In this document: in pieces, positions 26,825 to 40,465 of the stretch
How positions within the stretch are numbered: the first letter of the stretch is position 1
Layout of the letters: every line of letters starts with the position of its first letter
DNA from: Laetmonice hystrix
Taxonomy: Eukaryota
NCBI GenBank assembly: GCA_965235115.1
Contig: OZ249437.1
Location: forward strand, 5,828,001-5,892,000
Length of the DNA stretch: 64,000 nt
Direction of reading: 5' to 3'
Program-made: the position numbers and the translations under genes
The notes under the pieces: model-generated
Seen by the model: the letters and a program-made list of their open reading frames with translations, nothing else
Told to the model about the DNA's origin: nothing
Databases searched by the model: none

Positions 26825-27371
26825 ATTCCTCTGTCGGGACAGCCGGACAGACTGCATTCAGAGATTCCTCTGTCGGGATAGCCGGACAGACTGCATTCAG
26901 AGATTCCTCTGTCGGGATAGCCGGACAGACTGCATTCAGAGATTCCCCTGTCGGGACAGCCGGACAGACTGCATTCAGAGATTCCTCTGTCGGGACAGCC
27001 GGACAGACTGCATTCAGAGATTCCTCTGTCGGGATAGCCGGACAGACTGCATTCAGAGATTCCCCTGTCGGGACAGCCGGACAGACTGCATTCAGAGATT
27101 CCTCTGTCGGGACAGCCGGACAGACTGCATTCAGAGATTCCTGTGTCGGGACAGCCGGACAGACTGCATTCAGAGATTCCCCTGTCGGGATAGCCGGACA
27201 GACTGCATTCAGAGATTCCCCTGTCGGGACAGCCGGACAGACTGCATTCAGAGATTCCTCTGTCGGGACAGCCGGACAGACTGCATTCAGAGATTCCTGT
27301 GTCGGGACAGCCGGACAGACTGCATTCAGAGATTCCCCTGTCGGGACAGCCGGACAGACTGCATTCAGAGA
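26825..27371. repeat. 39-bp minisatellite x14
   Basis: Unit attcctctgtcgggacagccggacagactgcattcagag. It produces repetitive ORFs on both strands. Confidence 0.97.
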
Positions 27372-29370
27372 CCAGGGAAATCAACTAATGATTGGACGGG
27401 ACCTGCACAGACAGACTCCCGAGACCTGGGGCGCTGAAAGTGGCGTATCCACGGCACTGTGGCTCCCTCTAACGGACAGCCCGGTCCGTCCCAAATCCAT
27501 GCCTCAACAGGGCCGAGCAGGCTTCAACAATCAGCCCACCGGGCCGTCCGAAATATCTTTTTTCTTCAGAGAAGCTCATTCGCCAGTATCTCTCGTCTGC
27601 AGACATCGCTGAAAAGGCTCTGGGTCAACGACAGCCACTGTGTGATGTCTGTGCGATTTACAGCCTCATCTTTTATGACTCCTATGACCGCCTTTATATT
27701 CTTCTGGTGCATTGGTTCGTATGTGACTCTGGATGCGGTGCGAGCTAACATTGATTTGCCTTCTCCCCTGCCGTAATTGTTTACTGCTTCGAGGAATATA
27801 TTTCAATGTGGGCCAGAGGATCTGTACAGCTGTCATAACTGACAGTGTTGTGTGACAGTATTAGCCTCAGGCTAAAGCTCCACCACCAACGTCCTTTTCA
27901 AACTGTCACACTGACAAAAAAGAAGCTCTGGCACTCAGCCAACAAAACCTCTAATAATGTTTGATTAGGCTGTCAGAAAACTGTTCGCTTAATCTTCAAT
28001 ATGGACAGATTTTTGGACACCAAATGGTCTTCTGCCCTTGAGGGAGGCGCCATCCCACAATGACAAATTTCCAAAAAAATCCCGAACACCTTCTGCTGTA
28101 AGAACCACGATAACACTTCCCAACTAGAAACCGCTTCATTCCGGCCCGTCCGGCTTTCTGTGAAATATACGCTGAACCAACCTTATAATTGCTTCCTAGG
28201 CATTATGATAAAAGATTCTCATTATAACAGTTGCTCCCATGTGTAACGCCCACCGTTAAAAACATTATTCAAACTAGTTCAGTTGGAGTCAATCATCTGT
28301 GTTTGAAATGAGTAAAGCAATCAGTACGTTCGACCTCACTTAGAATATCACCGCCTGGGGCCAATCAACTGTGTCACTCTCCTGGACGTCAACTCAACGT
28401 GACCCAGTGTTAGTACCAGGATGTCAGCTTGTCCCTGGAAGATTCACCCGGCGTGAGAATGGAATCATGGAGCAGATACACTCCAGCTTCATCTCAATCA
28501 TCGTCACAGCTCCATCCGCCACCTCAAGTGGCAGCCGCCTAAATCTTGCTCGCTTCTTACCACCGTATTAGATTATGCATATTGGGGCGTGACCACTTTG
28601 ACCTTGACGGCACAAATCAAGCTCAGCGGGTCTGGAATGGATGCTTCACTGCCTGCATTGAGTTGCACGGCCGAATTAGATATAGGCTGGTGGGTTGTGA
28701 TTCGCTGATCAGTCTGGCCCGGGTGGCAAAGGTCCCTTGATAATGATGCTGATCAGGCCTCCTGGCTCTCCCCTGCGGGGCCCTGGGGGACACTGACCTG
28801 CTTGCGGGGCCATGTTAGTGGGGCGTCTTGCCACACCCCACGCCCACCAGTTGCCCTGCCCCCTACAAGCCTGGCCGTCAGCGGCCGTCTGATCAATGAC
28901 GTCTACCCTCGCCCCGCGGGTCCTACATCATCTGCCGCCGTGGGCCGTACAAATTGTGCTGGCCCCGGCATGCTGATCGGACCGCCTCCCCCCAACCTTC
29001 GACGTCCGCCTCAGCCTCGTCCTGATACTCAATGTTACTATAGAGACATAGCAGCCAATCACAGCGCACCGCCAATTATGTCAGTGCTGACCCATGCTAG
29101 GTCTACCATCAATCCTCGCACGACATACAGGTACCCGCACTACAAATAGTCCACCACGACTCCATGGTCCCATAGCACAAAGATAATGTCACTGCCAATC
29201 GATACGTCTGTACTTCAAACTAAAACAAACCATCATCCTTGTCCAAATGTCCTAATCGACCTGACACACTTCAGTTCTAGCTAAATTACAGCAATTCAGA
29301 GGATCACCATCTGGATATAAATACAGCTGAGGTCAAGTACCACTTCAAACTGGTAAAATATAGCCATGTT

Positions 29371-29538
29371 TGGTACCAGGGTTTGCTTGCAAACAACCCT
29401 TGATGGTACCAGGGTTTGCTTGTAAACAACCCTTGATGGTACCAGGGTTTGCTTGTAAACAACCCTTGATGGTACCAGGGTTTGCTTGTAAACAACCCTT
29501 GATGGTACCAGGGTTTGCTTGTAAACAACCCTTGATGG
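29371..29538. repeat. 33-bp minisatellite x5
   Basis: Unit ggtaccagggtttgcttgtaaacaacccttgat. Confidence 0.95.
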
Positions 29539-31606
29539 ACCTCATTGATTTCACAGCCACCTGCTGCGAACATGAGACTCACAGAGATTACAATGTTTTG
29601 TTTATAACACTTGTAAATGACCACAATTTCAGCAAATTTTGGCCAGAAGCCTTTTTTCAGAACTAACAGTATTCTTGCATTTGTTTATTAAGGTCAAAGG
29701 GGATTGGGATTCTCAGTGCATGACTGTGGGTGTGGGTGGTTCTGTGTGTATGTTTACAATCGACACTGGCCATTTCGATCAAACTGAACAAGTTACAATC
29801 TCAGCTCGTGCATCTTTAATATGGACGCGAGGATGCCAACCATCCAGGAACCAAATGACTCTTTACGTGTCCGTCCTCCTCACCCGTGCTTGAGTTCGTT
29901 TTCCGTGCCCACGAGATGGTGGCTGGGTAAGACCTTGGCTATGACCTTGTCTTCTCGACAGCAATCCTAGCTCGCTCGAGTTTAACCCTCATTCACGGTG
30001 CGGTCTGACGAGGGGTAGACTGGTTTGATATTTTAACTACGACGATAAACATAAACCATAAGACTCGCAGCCTGTTGAATCTACACTTAGAACATCCATT
30101 TACGACCAATCTACACTTAGAACATCCATTTACGACCAGACTAAATCCTATATTGACTACAGCTGCCTAAAAATAGCATCTGTCGACATGCCATCTGCGC
30201 TTACTGTTTGGACTATTTATACAGATTCTATACCTGGTCAGATCCCTGCTAGGTTAATCAGAAATATTATACTTTACAGTTCCGTGTGGGACCCAAGAAT
30301 TAAAACGTCTCCTTTACTCTGCAATATTCCAACCTTGTATTTGTTGTGAATCTGGCCGACACAGCCCCAAACCACCATTACTCACTCACTCCGTAAATCT
30401 TCCGAAAATACATGAAACGAATAAAATCTCTGGCGCCTCTTCGTCATTGATCACCTAATCAGTCGTGTTACATCAGTTTCACACTAAGACGCTCTTTAGC
30501 GGACATAATTCCTGTAATATGCGTCGCTGGTACCTCAAAATATGCTTCCCCGGTCGCTATAACGAAAAATCTACAACTGATGAAGTGAGTTGATGCCATA
30601 CACACGTCTTACCAAACGAAGAATCGCCGAGTACATCTCACACCCTCAAAAAATAAAATAAAAACTAGAAATAAACAAATAAAATAACTAATAAACCATT
30701 CGACCCCAAGGCAAAATCGCTTAAAAAATATATTCATGTTAAGAAACTTCTCAGAAGTTCATAAAAACAGGATATTCTCATATCGGATATTCCCAGCGCG
30801 TACACCTTCAAAGGAAGTTTCTTTACGAGCCAAAAAAGGAAGAAATGATGGATGGTTATGTTAGGATGGTAGGGAGACAAACATCTAGACTGATCAATGT
30901 GTCACAGAGTTACACTAGTCCCCTTTAGATGTGCCTACCATTTGATGTGTGACCTTCAGAGGTCTCGGAGGGGCATGGTCCATGCAGAATGAATTCCTCT
31001 TCTTGACATCTTTGCAAAACAGAATCGAATCGTATCTAAGATACACAGACACTCCTGGTTTCAATGACCTCTGCGATTTGATGTCCGTTATTAATTAGAT
31101 CACGGTCAGATTGCTGCTTACTAAGTCGAAATAAAGTTCATTCACATCAAGTCCTTTGCTGTATACAGTACTTCTTAAAGTTGCGTTTTCCAGAAGTCTA
31201 AAAATTTCAGCCATTCCAATGCTTTGACCATCAAAAATACTGGCAGAGCCATACGCATCTAAAGATTGCTATGGGGACACCCGGGATTGCGAGGGGCACT
31301 TTACCTTAAAACGCGAGTATGACATGTTGACTGGCGATTGGCAAACATGCTACAGATACTCGTCTTGTAAGTATTTGTGAACGTGTACACGAAAATTAGA
31401 TTTGCCTTAGTTCTGGTCCTGGTACCGTCCTTCCGGTTTCTAATTGCCGGGGGGAATTCTGTCACGTGTGGGCCGAGAATGTTCCCACACAGGCCGTCGT
31501 ATGCTGACCGGGCCGGGCTCACCTCCAGGTCACGCCGGTCGGATACCAGCTGAACCACACCGCTCACTCTGCCAGTACCCGGGACGACTGAGGCCTGTAG
31601 GCCGTA

Positions 31607-31812
31607 AGTGGGTGGGTTTTGGGAGTTTTACGCCTTGCAACAGCTGAGCCAGGGTCATATCACGGCGGTGAAGATGATGAAAGTCAGGTTTTCTTGGTGG
31701 GGAAACCGGAGTACCCGGAGGAAACCACCGACCTTCGGGAAGGACTGACAAACCTTTCGCACATGCAGCCCAGGCCGGGGATCGAACCCGGACAGCAGTG
31801 TGTGTAGATCCG
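31607..31812 (-). mobile_element. tRNA-derived SINE (V-SINE-like central domain), 5' end degraded
   Basis: The reverse strand has a B-box gggttcgatccc, the widespread central motif ggtttcctccgggtactccggtttcccc, and a tail gatatgaccctggc...gcgtaaaac. Confidence 0.7.
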
Positions 31813-32007
31813 ACGGACTTCCATTCCCGAAATATAGGTCCGATGGACCTGCTTTTCTATCTATTTCACATTCCTACCTCTAATCCTAACCATATATTTT
31901 ATATCGTATATCTCCTTATACCATGAAGTGGATGACCTCGTACATATACCCAGGGAATCCTGATCTGGTGGACTTTCATTCGTTTCACACCGATCGACCC
32001 ATGAGCC

Positions 32008-32282
32008 CATCCCCGAGTGGGATACGGGACCACGAGTTCATAAAGGTTTGCTGACCCTAGTTCATCCCCGAGTGGGATACAGGACCACGAGTTTATAAAG
32101 GTTTGCTGACCCTAGTTCATCCCCGAGTGGGATACAGGACCACGAGTTCATAAAGGTTTGCTGACTCTAGTTCATCCCCGAGTGGGATACAGGACCACGA
32201 GTTTATAAAGGTTTGCTGACCCTAGTTCATCCCCGAGTGGGATACAGGACCACGAGTTCATAAAGGTTTGCTAAGCCTAGTT
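32008..32282. repeat. 55-bp tandem repeat x5
   Basis: Unit catccccgagtgggatacaggaccacgagttcataaaggtttgctgaccctagtt. Confidence 0.95.
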
Positions 32283-33006
32283 AGTTGCTAAAGAGCTTCC
32301 TCAATACAGTTCATTTTTAGTTGGTATTCATAAAAAGCCTTTCTGGCTGTAGCAAGGTTCTAACTTACTTGCAACTTAAAGTACACCAGGTACATCTCGA
32401 AGTCACTAGCAAGCTACTAAGTTCATGTCATCTGCGCGACATGCTGCATTAAAAGAACTCAGCAAAATCTACAAACACAGTCGCAAGGTGCAAGTTGATT
32501 TAATGACACCAATATTTTAAGGATATTTTGTGTGTTTTGCTTTTTATTGCTGTTTGCTACCTGGGTAAGCAGACGGAAACGTCATTTTCAAGCGTGGCCC
32601 CTTAGATACAAATATTTTACTTCAAGTGGCTCGGAGCCCTCAAAAATAATCACGATCAAATGTCAACATGCAGCCTGTCTCGTTCGTGTTCTCATGTCAC
32701 CTTTTACTCCCATTTAAATTAGAGTCAGCACGTCTCGAGTCAGTCGTAGCTGATTGCCAAAGGTTTCTAACAAGCTGCTAGGGAGAAAGTTTCTTAGAAC
32801 GGCTTTGTTAATAACATTTTACGTCCTCCCTTCTTAGCAAACGACTCGGCAAGAACGTCTAGTTTGTAATGTTACGAATTTTATAGCCTCTTTAAGGTCA
32901 TGTTCCAGTCATTTTAAACAGCAACTTCTTGTTAATAAGCGTCACTCTTTCCACAATCACTAGGGGAAGGAGAACGACTGTCAACGACCAGATACATCCC
33001 TAAGAC

Positions 33007-34018
33007 ATATCTAACTAAAACATCACCTTTAAAATGTCAACCACCTGAGTTGAACCTTAGAAGATAGTTAAGTGTGGAGTGAGATATCTAACTAAAACAT
33101 CACCTTCAAAATGTCAACCACCTGAGTTGAACCTTAGAAGATAGTTAAATGTGGAGTCAGATATCTAACTAAAACATCAACTTCAAAATGTCAACCACCT
33201 GAGTTGAACCTTAGGAGATAGTTAAATGTGGAGTCAGATATCTAACTAAAACATCACCTTCAAAATGTCAACCACCTGAGTTGAGCCTTAGAAGATAGAT
33301 AAAGTGTGGGGTCAGATATCTAACTAAAACATCACCTTCAAAATGTCAACCACCTGAGTTGAACCTTAGAAGATAGTTAAATGTGGAGTCAGATATCTAA
33401 CTAAAACATCACCTTCAAAATGTCAACCACCTGAGTTGAACCTTAGAAGATAGATAAAGTGTGGGGTCAGATATCTAACTAAAACATCACCTTCAAAATG
33501 TCAACCACCTGAGTTGAACCTTAGAAGATAGATAAAGTGTGGAGTGAGATATCTAACGAAAACATCACCTTCAAAATGTCAACCACCTGAGTTGAACCTT
33601 AGGAGATAGATAAAGTGTGGAGTGAGATATCTAACGAAAACATCACCTTCAAAATGTCAACCACCTGAGTTGAACCTTAGGAGATAGATAAAGTGTGGAG
33701 TGAGATATCTAACTAAAACATCACCTTCAAAATGTCAACCACCTGAGTTGAACCTTAGAAGATAGTTAAATGTGGAGTCAGATATCTAACTAAATCACCT
33801 TCAAAATGTCAACCACCTGAGTTGAACCTTAGAAGATAGTTAAATGTGGAGTCAGATGTCTAACTAAAACATCACCTTTAAAATGTCAACCACCTGAGTT
33901 GAACCTTAGAAGATAGTTAAGTGTGGAGTGAGATATCTAACTAAAACATCACCTTCAAAATGTCAACCACCTGAGTTGAACCTTAGAAGATAGTTAAATG
34001 TGGAGTCAGATGTCTAAC
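33007..34018. repeat. About 77-bp tandem repeat x13
   Basis: Unit gatatctaactaaaacatcaccttcaaaatgtcaaccacctgagttgaaccttagaagatagttaaatgtggagtca. Confidence 0.97.
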
Positions 34019-35591
34019 ATGAGAGATAAATCAATGTTATTACTGACACCTGATCTACTACCTACCCAAGCATTAATACACTGTCGGCATGAAAGTAATC
34101 ATTATAGCGCATGTCAATTCGCTGAGTCCCAGCCTGCTTTCCTGGGCGTCGTCAACGTTTTCCTTCCCTCTCTTTCTCTGCTTCAGTCATCTTGACATGG
34201 AACTGAAACCGTCCCCGCTATAATGTACCTCATTCTATGTTTCACTGAGATTGCAAGACGTGTTATATTTGCCGCCAGATGTTATCCATCAGGTTCTGAT
34301 ATACCTGAGTATCGCGGCGGCGGTCTACTTTATAAGGTGACCAATATACTGAGACAGTCCAGCAACAGGAATTCTTAACTTTACAATGTACACGGTTAAA
34401 AAAAACCACTTTCATGAAACCACGTTTGTAAATATGAGTCAATCAGATTGATTTTTTGTGTGTGTTAAGTGGATATTTAAGTGGCGCAGTCAGTGTAAAC
34501 TTTATCCGTAATTGTTGTATCATTAGATTATAGGTGGTTCATGAGGAGATAAGGTACTTTCCAATTAACTAACACTCACTGCAAACTCAACACGTAACAG
34601 GTATACTATGGCTTTATAGATGAAAAACTACTACAAATAGAGTTTAAAATCTGGAGTTGGTGAAGATTCACTTCCAGCGTCGCTTGCCTTGATGTTTTTT
34701 TTTTTTAAATAATAAGCCAATCGCGACACACCCAGTAGTATTTTCTGGAAAGAACGCTGGGTCTAACAAGGTGGTGCTATACAATTGGTTCAAAAGTGAC
34801 AAAGGCCTACATTATTTCCTCTCGCCGGCAGCGAGCTTTCACTGGGTAGACAGTTGTCTTTGAAGTTGGGATGCTATGCCTGGGGCTCTGAACATAGTCA
34901 ACCCTCCAAGTCGGTCCAAGCCGCCGTCACAGAGGCACAACGTTCTACTGGCTGCAGTCACAACCAATTCCTTTTCTTGTGTCAATGACTAAAGCCAACG
35001 GCTCAACCGCAGAAATCACGGATCCACCTTCGGTTTGAAAGCGCACAGAATGCGGGATGGGAAACTTGGGCAAGCCTGACATGACCTGCAGACAATATAT
35101 TATATTCCAAGCTATGCTGACTCCCTGGGAGGACTGCCATATTTAGGTTAATTACACTGACAGTCCGACCTCAAACAGCACAGGGTATGGCTATACTCTT
35201 GTCGCATTCTGCAGTTCACTTTTTGATGGGCAGGGGGCGGAGGCGGTGGTCTTTACCAAAACAAATAGGTCAACAGGGATAAAACTGACTGTTTGAGAAA
35301 AGCTCCCGTTAAGTATCCACCAGGGACTAAATACGACACCAGGTTAGATAATACAGTCCGAATCCCAGTCGGTCCCTTTCAGATCGACTGTTGTTCCAAA
35401 GTGAATATCGGATGTCATTCCGTCGTAAGACATCAAGCCTTTTAAAGTATTCTGTGTGATGAGGGGATCGAATAGGACCCCACCACGAGGCTTTCCAATC
35501 TTTTGATAACCCATTTACTGAGGTCAAGGAACGTGACCGGACGTGACGGATTGAGCCCATGATGAGGTCGTCTGCCCTGACCACTCCCCCT

Positions 35592-35838
35592 GACCATAGC
35601 AACCCTGGATACCGACCATAGCAACCCTGGATACCGACCATAGCAACCCTGGATACCGACCATAGCAACCCTGGATACCGACCATAGCAACCCTGGATAC
35701 CGACCATAGCAACCCTGGATACCGACCATAGCAACCCTGGATACCGACCATAGCAACTCTGGATACCGACCATAGCAACCCTGGATACCGACCATAGCAA
35801 CCCTGGATACCGACCATAGCAACCCTGGATACCGACCA
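35592..35838. repeat. 22-bp minisatellite x11
   Basis: Unit gaccatagcaaccctggatacc. Confidence 0.97.
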
Positions 35839-36738
35839 GACTATATGGGCGCCAAGAAAACAAGGACCGCTTATTTTTATAAGGTACTCTACAACATACC
35901 ATCAAACCATGTATTCTCTTGAAGAGGGAGTATTATCAATATCGTCCTGATTGGCTTTGTCCGAGTCCTGAGTACGCCCATTCATATGTAATCCATGAGT
36001 CTTTGTGCCAAATCTACAGGGCTTGTCTTCGGTCCTGACTTTTAGAACTTTAGCGGTGACGGCGCCATCAAAATGGACGATAGCAAAATACTGAAACCAT
36101 CACTGTAATTTCTACTTTTGGCAAATACAGCCCCCCCTTGGAACTGGACTGTAGAAGAGGAAGCAGTGAAGTATTTCGAGTTAGACGAACGGACATGATA
36201 TATCGCCCGGTTTTTTTCCCAGTTGACCCTTCAGTCTGGACATTGACGGCTTGTTTAGGACGTCTAAAGGAAACCATTGTTGTCATCTATTTCAGAGTCC
36301 GGAACTCCTTTGTTGAAGACAGCATCCTTTTAATCTGTCACCCTCCCCCCTTCTTTAAAGGCAGCATTGTGATTTTGACTTCAGTATGGTAAATGGCAGG
36401 GTACAGAAGGAAAGCCGGGCACTATAAAAATAATGTACTCCTCCGTTGCTCGTACGAAAAGAACCGGGATAACCTATACGCTGTTTGGTTATCAAAAACA
36501 GCAATATTTCTCAGTATTCATTCGACAGTTTTATGGTGTTGCCTGTTGTCAGTGCCGGCTGACACAAACTCTGGTTGGTAGTTGTCGATAAGACGGAATC
36601 CATTCCACCGACTATGTTCTGGTTAGAAAGAGATACAGACTATGTCTAGAAAATGAATTGATGAGTTTGTAAATAATGAGACTGATACCTCCTTGAAGTT
36701 GGCATGTTGGATCCTGGGGTTCAGCGTCTATCATTCAG

Positions 36739-36892
36739 GGGCCAGTTTTACTAAAGGTCCTTATTTAAGGACGTCGCTAATTTAACATAGAAGTGAATGG
36801 GTTGCTAGGTCGTAAATAACGACCTAGCAACCATTCACTTCTATGTTAAATTAGCGACGTCCTTAAATAAGGACCTTTAGTAAAACCGACCC
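36739..36892. mobile_element. Fully palindromic 154-bp MITE, Harbinger-like (CAG TSD)
   Basis: Two near-perfect inverted arms of about 75 bp around an aaata loop. cag is duplicated at 36736-36738 and 36893-36895. Confidence 0.85.
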
Positions 36893-38362
36893 CAGTATAG
36901 CAAACCCCGAATCATTATTTGACATCAAAGAAACGTCAAAAGGGAAGGAAGCTGGGAAGGTAAATCACATCCCAGCATCCCAGCACGCATAAATAAACCA
37001 ATCGATAAATAGATAATAAGAAAGCAAGAAAGAAAGCAAGCAAGAAAGAAAGAAAGACAGAAAGAAAAAACCTTTAACATTGCAGCCGCACCCGTACTGA
37101 GGCGACTACTTGTGTTCGAACGGATGCCTCCAATGCTATTCTTTGATTTCTTCCATATACGGATCTATGTGCTGAAACATGCCTGGGGACGAGCTCCAAG
37201 CGAATATCATGGCCATTATTTACAGCTGACCCCGCGAGACTCGAGTCTAATACATAAATGCAAACAACCGAATTGGGGGGTACTGTTCTAGGACTATAGA
37301 ATTTGTAGAAGTTGTCGCTGATAACCTACTCTCCACAGTATACTCATCAGGCGGCTGGGGAGCAATTAAGGTAGCACACCACTGTGTTATATCACTCTGC
37401 TGCAGGTGAATGCTGCCCTCTGAAGACATTCTCTATTCATGAATGCACAGATTATTCAAGGCATGCCACAAGTCAAGCTCGCCTCAAACCGACGTCCTCA
37501 GAAACAGGCGGTGACCAAAAGCCCACAGTAATCCGCCGCCAGGATTTTGTCATGATGTTACCCAGATAAAATGGTAATTCAGAGTGTCGAAATTACAAGT
37601 AGACAGTAAAAATTGGTGAAGTATATCAAAAAGTAGGTGGTGGGACGATTAGAGCCTTAGATCGAACTCGCCGATAAAGTCTTTAACATCGTCCAGCATA
37701 GGCTGGCTCATCCCTGATGGTCTTCTTTTACTAGGATTGCTAGAAACTGCTCAGAAACCGACAGCTACTGCCATCACTTTCAACATATCTGAAAACGGTA
37801 CCAAAACTCAAATCCAATAAACCAAAGGGTCCTTTACAGATGGGCATGCTGATCCATCTCATTGTGTAATGCGAAGCTTTTCTTTCTTTCTCTCGGGTGT
37901 GTCTCTGACTAGATACCAGTTGAGCAGTTCACATAGACCATCATCAGTTAATCACAACCTGTCATTAAATGATCTCTCGCCTCTCATCATCCCTACTCTC
38001 TCATCTGTGGGCAAACACAAGTGGCCAAATTCTGTCTGGAGACGCTGTGCAAACACACAGCCGACGGCCCACACAATATCTGCATGATGACTACATCACT
38101 TCACACTTACTCAGGAAGCTTTAAGGATATTTCCGCCGGTACGGGAGGCTTCTGTCGGAGAATCTTTCATTCCACGGCCGACTTTATCTAGAGGAAGAAG
38201 GAGCAGGAAATGTGGCCCCCCAAAAAGCTGAGATATAGAAGGCAGAATTCGCATATTTTAACAACCGCCCAAGACTGATTAGGAAATAGATCGAATCCCT
38301 TTTTCTTGGCTTTTCAGATTTTGTAAAAGGAAAATATTCGAAACGTCTTTTAAAGCACCTGC

Positions 38363-39033
38363 TTAGATATCACTCTACCTTATACCGAGGCGGGTATCCT
38401 TTTAGATATCACTCCACCTTATACCGAGGAGGGTATCCTTTTAGATATCACTCCACCTTATAACGATATGACCGAGGAGGGTATCCTTTTAGATATCACT
38501 CCACCTTATACCGAGGAGGGTATCCTTTTAGATATCACTCCACCTTATACCGAGGAGGGTATCCTTTTAGATATCACTCCACCTTATACCGAGGAGGGTA
38601 TCCTTTTAGATATCACTCCACCTTATACCGAGGAGGGTATCCTTTTAGATATCACTCCACCTTATACCGAGGAGGGTATCCTTTTAGATATCACTCCACC
38701 TTATACCGAGGAGGGTATCCTTTTAGATATCACTCCACCTTATACCGAGGAGGGTATCCTTTTAGATATCACTCCACCTTATACCGAGGAGGGTATCCTT
38801 TTAGATATCACTCCACCTTATACCGAGGAGGGTATCCTTTTAGATATCACTCCACCTTATACCGAGGAGGGTATCCTTTTAGATATCACTCTACCTTATA
38901 CCGAGGAGGGTATCCTTTTAGATATCACTCCACCTTATACCGAGGAGGGTATCCTTTTAGATATCACTCCACCTTATACCGAGGAGGGTATCCTTTTAGA
39001 TATCACTCCACCTTATACCGAGGAGGGTATCCT
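38363..39033. repeat. 39-bp minisatellite, about x17 (source of the TEEGILLDITPPY ORF)
   Basis: Unit accgaggagggtatccttttagatatcactccaccttat. Confidence 0.97.
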
Positions 39034-40289
39034 AAGATTAGTATCACATTCATTTAGCGTTATACAGTAGGGACAGCCGAGACCTACCCACAACATTCTC
39101 GAATCATAAACAACCGATACAGGACCGAGATAGTGCAGTAATCGTCACTCGTGATGCGGGAATCAATTACCCTATTATCATTCACGACATGGATGGCATT
39201 ATCAATACTTTTAAAAAGAAATGGGACAATAGAAAAAAAACGCCTGTCATGGCGTGCGACAAGAGTGCCGAGTGAGAAAGGATGATAGAAGACTCTCACT
39301 AAACCTACAGATGAAAACGTTTGGTGCTGTACGTCACCAACATGACTATATATTCTCTTTGTTAGACATATCTTACCCCACAAATACATGTCGTAATCAC
39401 GACTGACTCTATACTACCCTCTGTGCTGCTGAACTATACCTATGTTTGTTCGTACCAAAAAACAATTCCATAAAATACCAAAAGAAAACCCTAAGTCCCG
39501 CGAGAGAAAAGTTCCTGACTTCGGTCCCATACCGTGGATCAAGTAAAGAAATATTCCCTCCGCAATCAATAGGTTTCCCGCTTCCCCGGCCGCCCAAACA
39601 ATCGAGTCTTCTATAGACAAAACAGCACTTTGTCTTCACTTACAAATCCAACACACTAGTAAATTAGCCTTCCCTCACATCGTGGCGGCAACTGCCCAGT
39701 ATCCGTGCACAAACGTTAGATTGTCATCACCATCTGGTCTGCCTTGGCTGCTCCAAACCAAACAGTTTGAAGCTGAGGCTGGCAGCCAGGCGTGCGCCGA
39801 CTTGTTGACGCCGGAAACCGGGTGGATAGGATGGCAATGGTATCACGGCGTGGGGTATGATGACTAGTAAATGAAGGTGCGCAGCTGGTGTACGCGCAAG
39901 CGCTGCTTCCCAACTAAAAACTGACCGTCAACTCGTTCTTCTACCTGATAATTAATACTAGCTTTGTTAAAAGATGGAAAGCGCGACTTCTATTTATTGA
40001 AATGTATACATTGTGAAGACAAGGGCTGTTAGGTTAGATAGGGCTTTAGACCACATAAATCAATAAATGTATACCCACAGAAATGGAGAAATATAATGAA
40101 ATTCAACATTCCAGTTGCCTGTTCTCGCTATGAAGCGATCGTCGTATAGTTGGTTGTTGACTTGACTTGAACAGACAATGAAATTCATTGGGCGATGAAC
40201 CAATGAATTTCATTGGCTGTTGAATACTTTTATTTTTACTTTTCACGGTAAGGAGGGCCATTTAACGTAGCGTCGTCATGACGTCATAC

Positions 40290-40465
40290 GTCTATGACGT
40301 CACGTGAACTGATGCCATGCGTTATTTACTTATTAGCGGCCCATCTCCTTAAGTTTATATGCCTACCAAGTTTCATAGCGATATCCCGAAAAATGAGAAA
40401 TAATAAAAGGGAAGACGAAACCACACAATTTCTAAATCCCATCCCCAGTGGGGGAATGGGATAAC
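40290..40465 (+). mobile_element. HINE-like fragment with a 3' stem-loop
   Basis: taccaagtttcat core and terminal hairpin atcccatcccc..ggggaatgggat (40437-40462). Confidence 0.4.

Noticed and set aside
13323-34348. A phase-consistent chain of small minus-strand exons (34305-34348, 31523-31594, 29884-29966, 26627-26688, 25352-25374, 21811-21843, 20112-20155, 18842-18915, 17171-17186, 16932-16950, 16575-16596, 13323-13348) that could be spliced onto stem exon A
   Set aside because: I picked frames to fit. Short AG..GT pairs are expected frequently by chance in tens of kb, and the product has no transmembrane segment or recognisable domain. A faint PEP-utilising-domain resemblance (GGRSCN) lacks the catalytic His. 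Only RNA-seq could rescue this.
35327-35560. Possible LINE RT C-terminal remnant (HTEYFKRLDVLRRNDI)
   Set aside because: The similarity is too short to support without a search.
22076-39070. Long track ORFs (322, 279, 297, 236, 200 and 192 aa) as genes
   Set aside because: All are translations of tandem repeats with sporadic stops and no splice or domain support.
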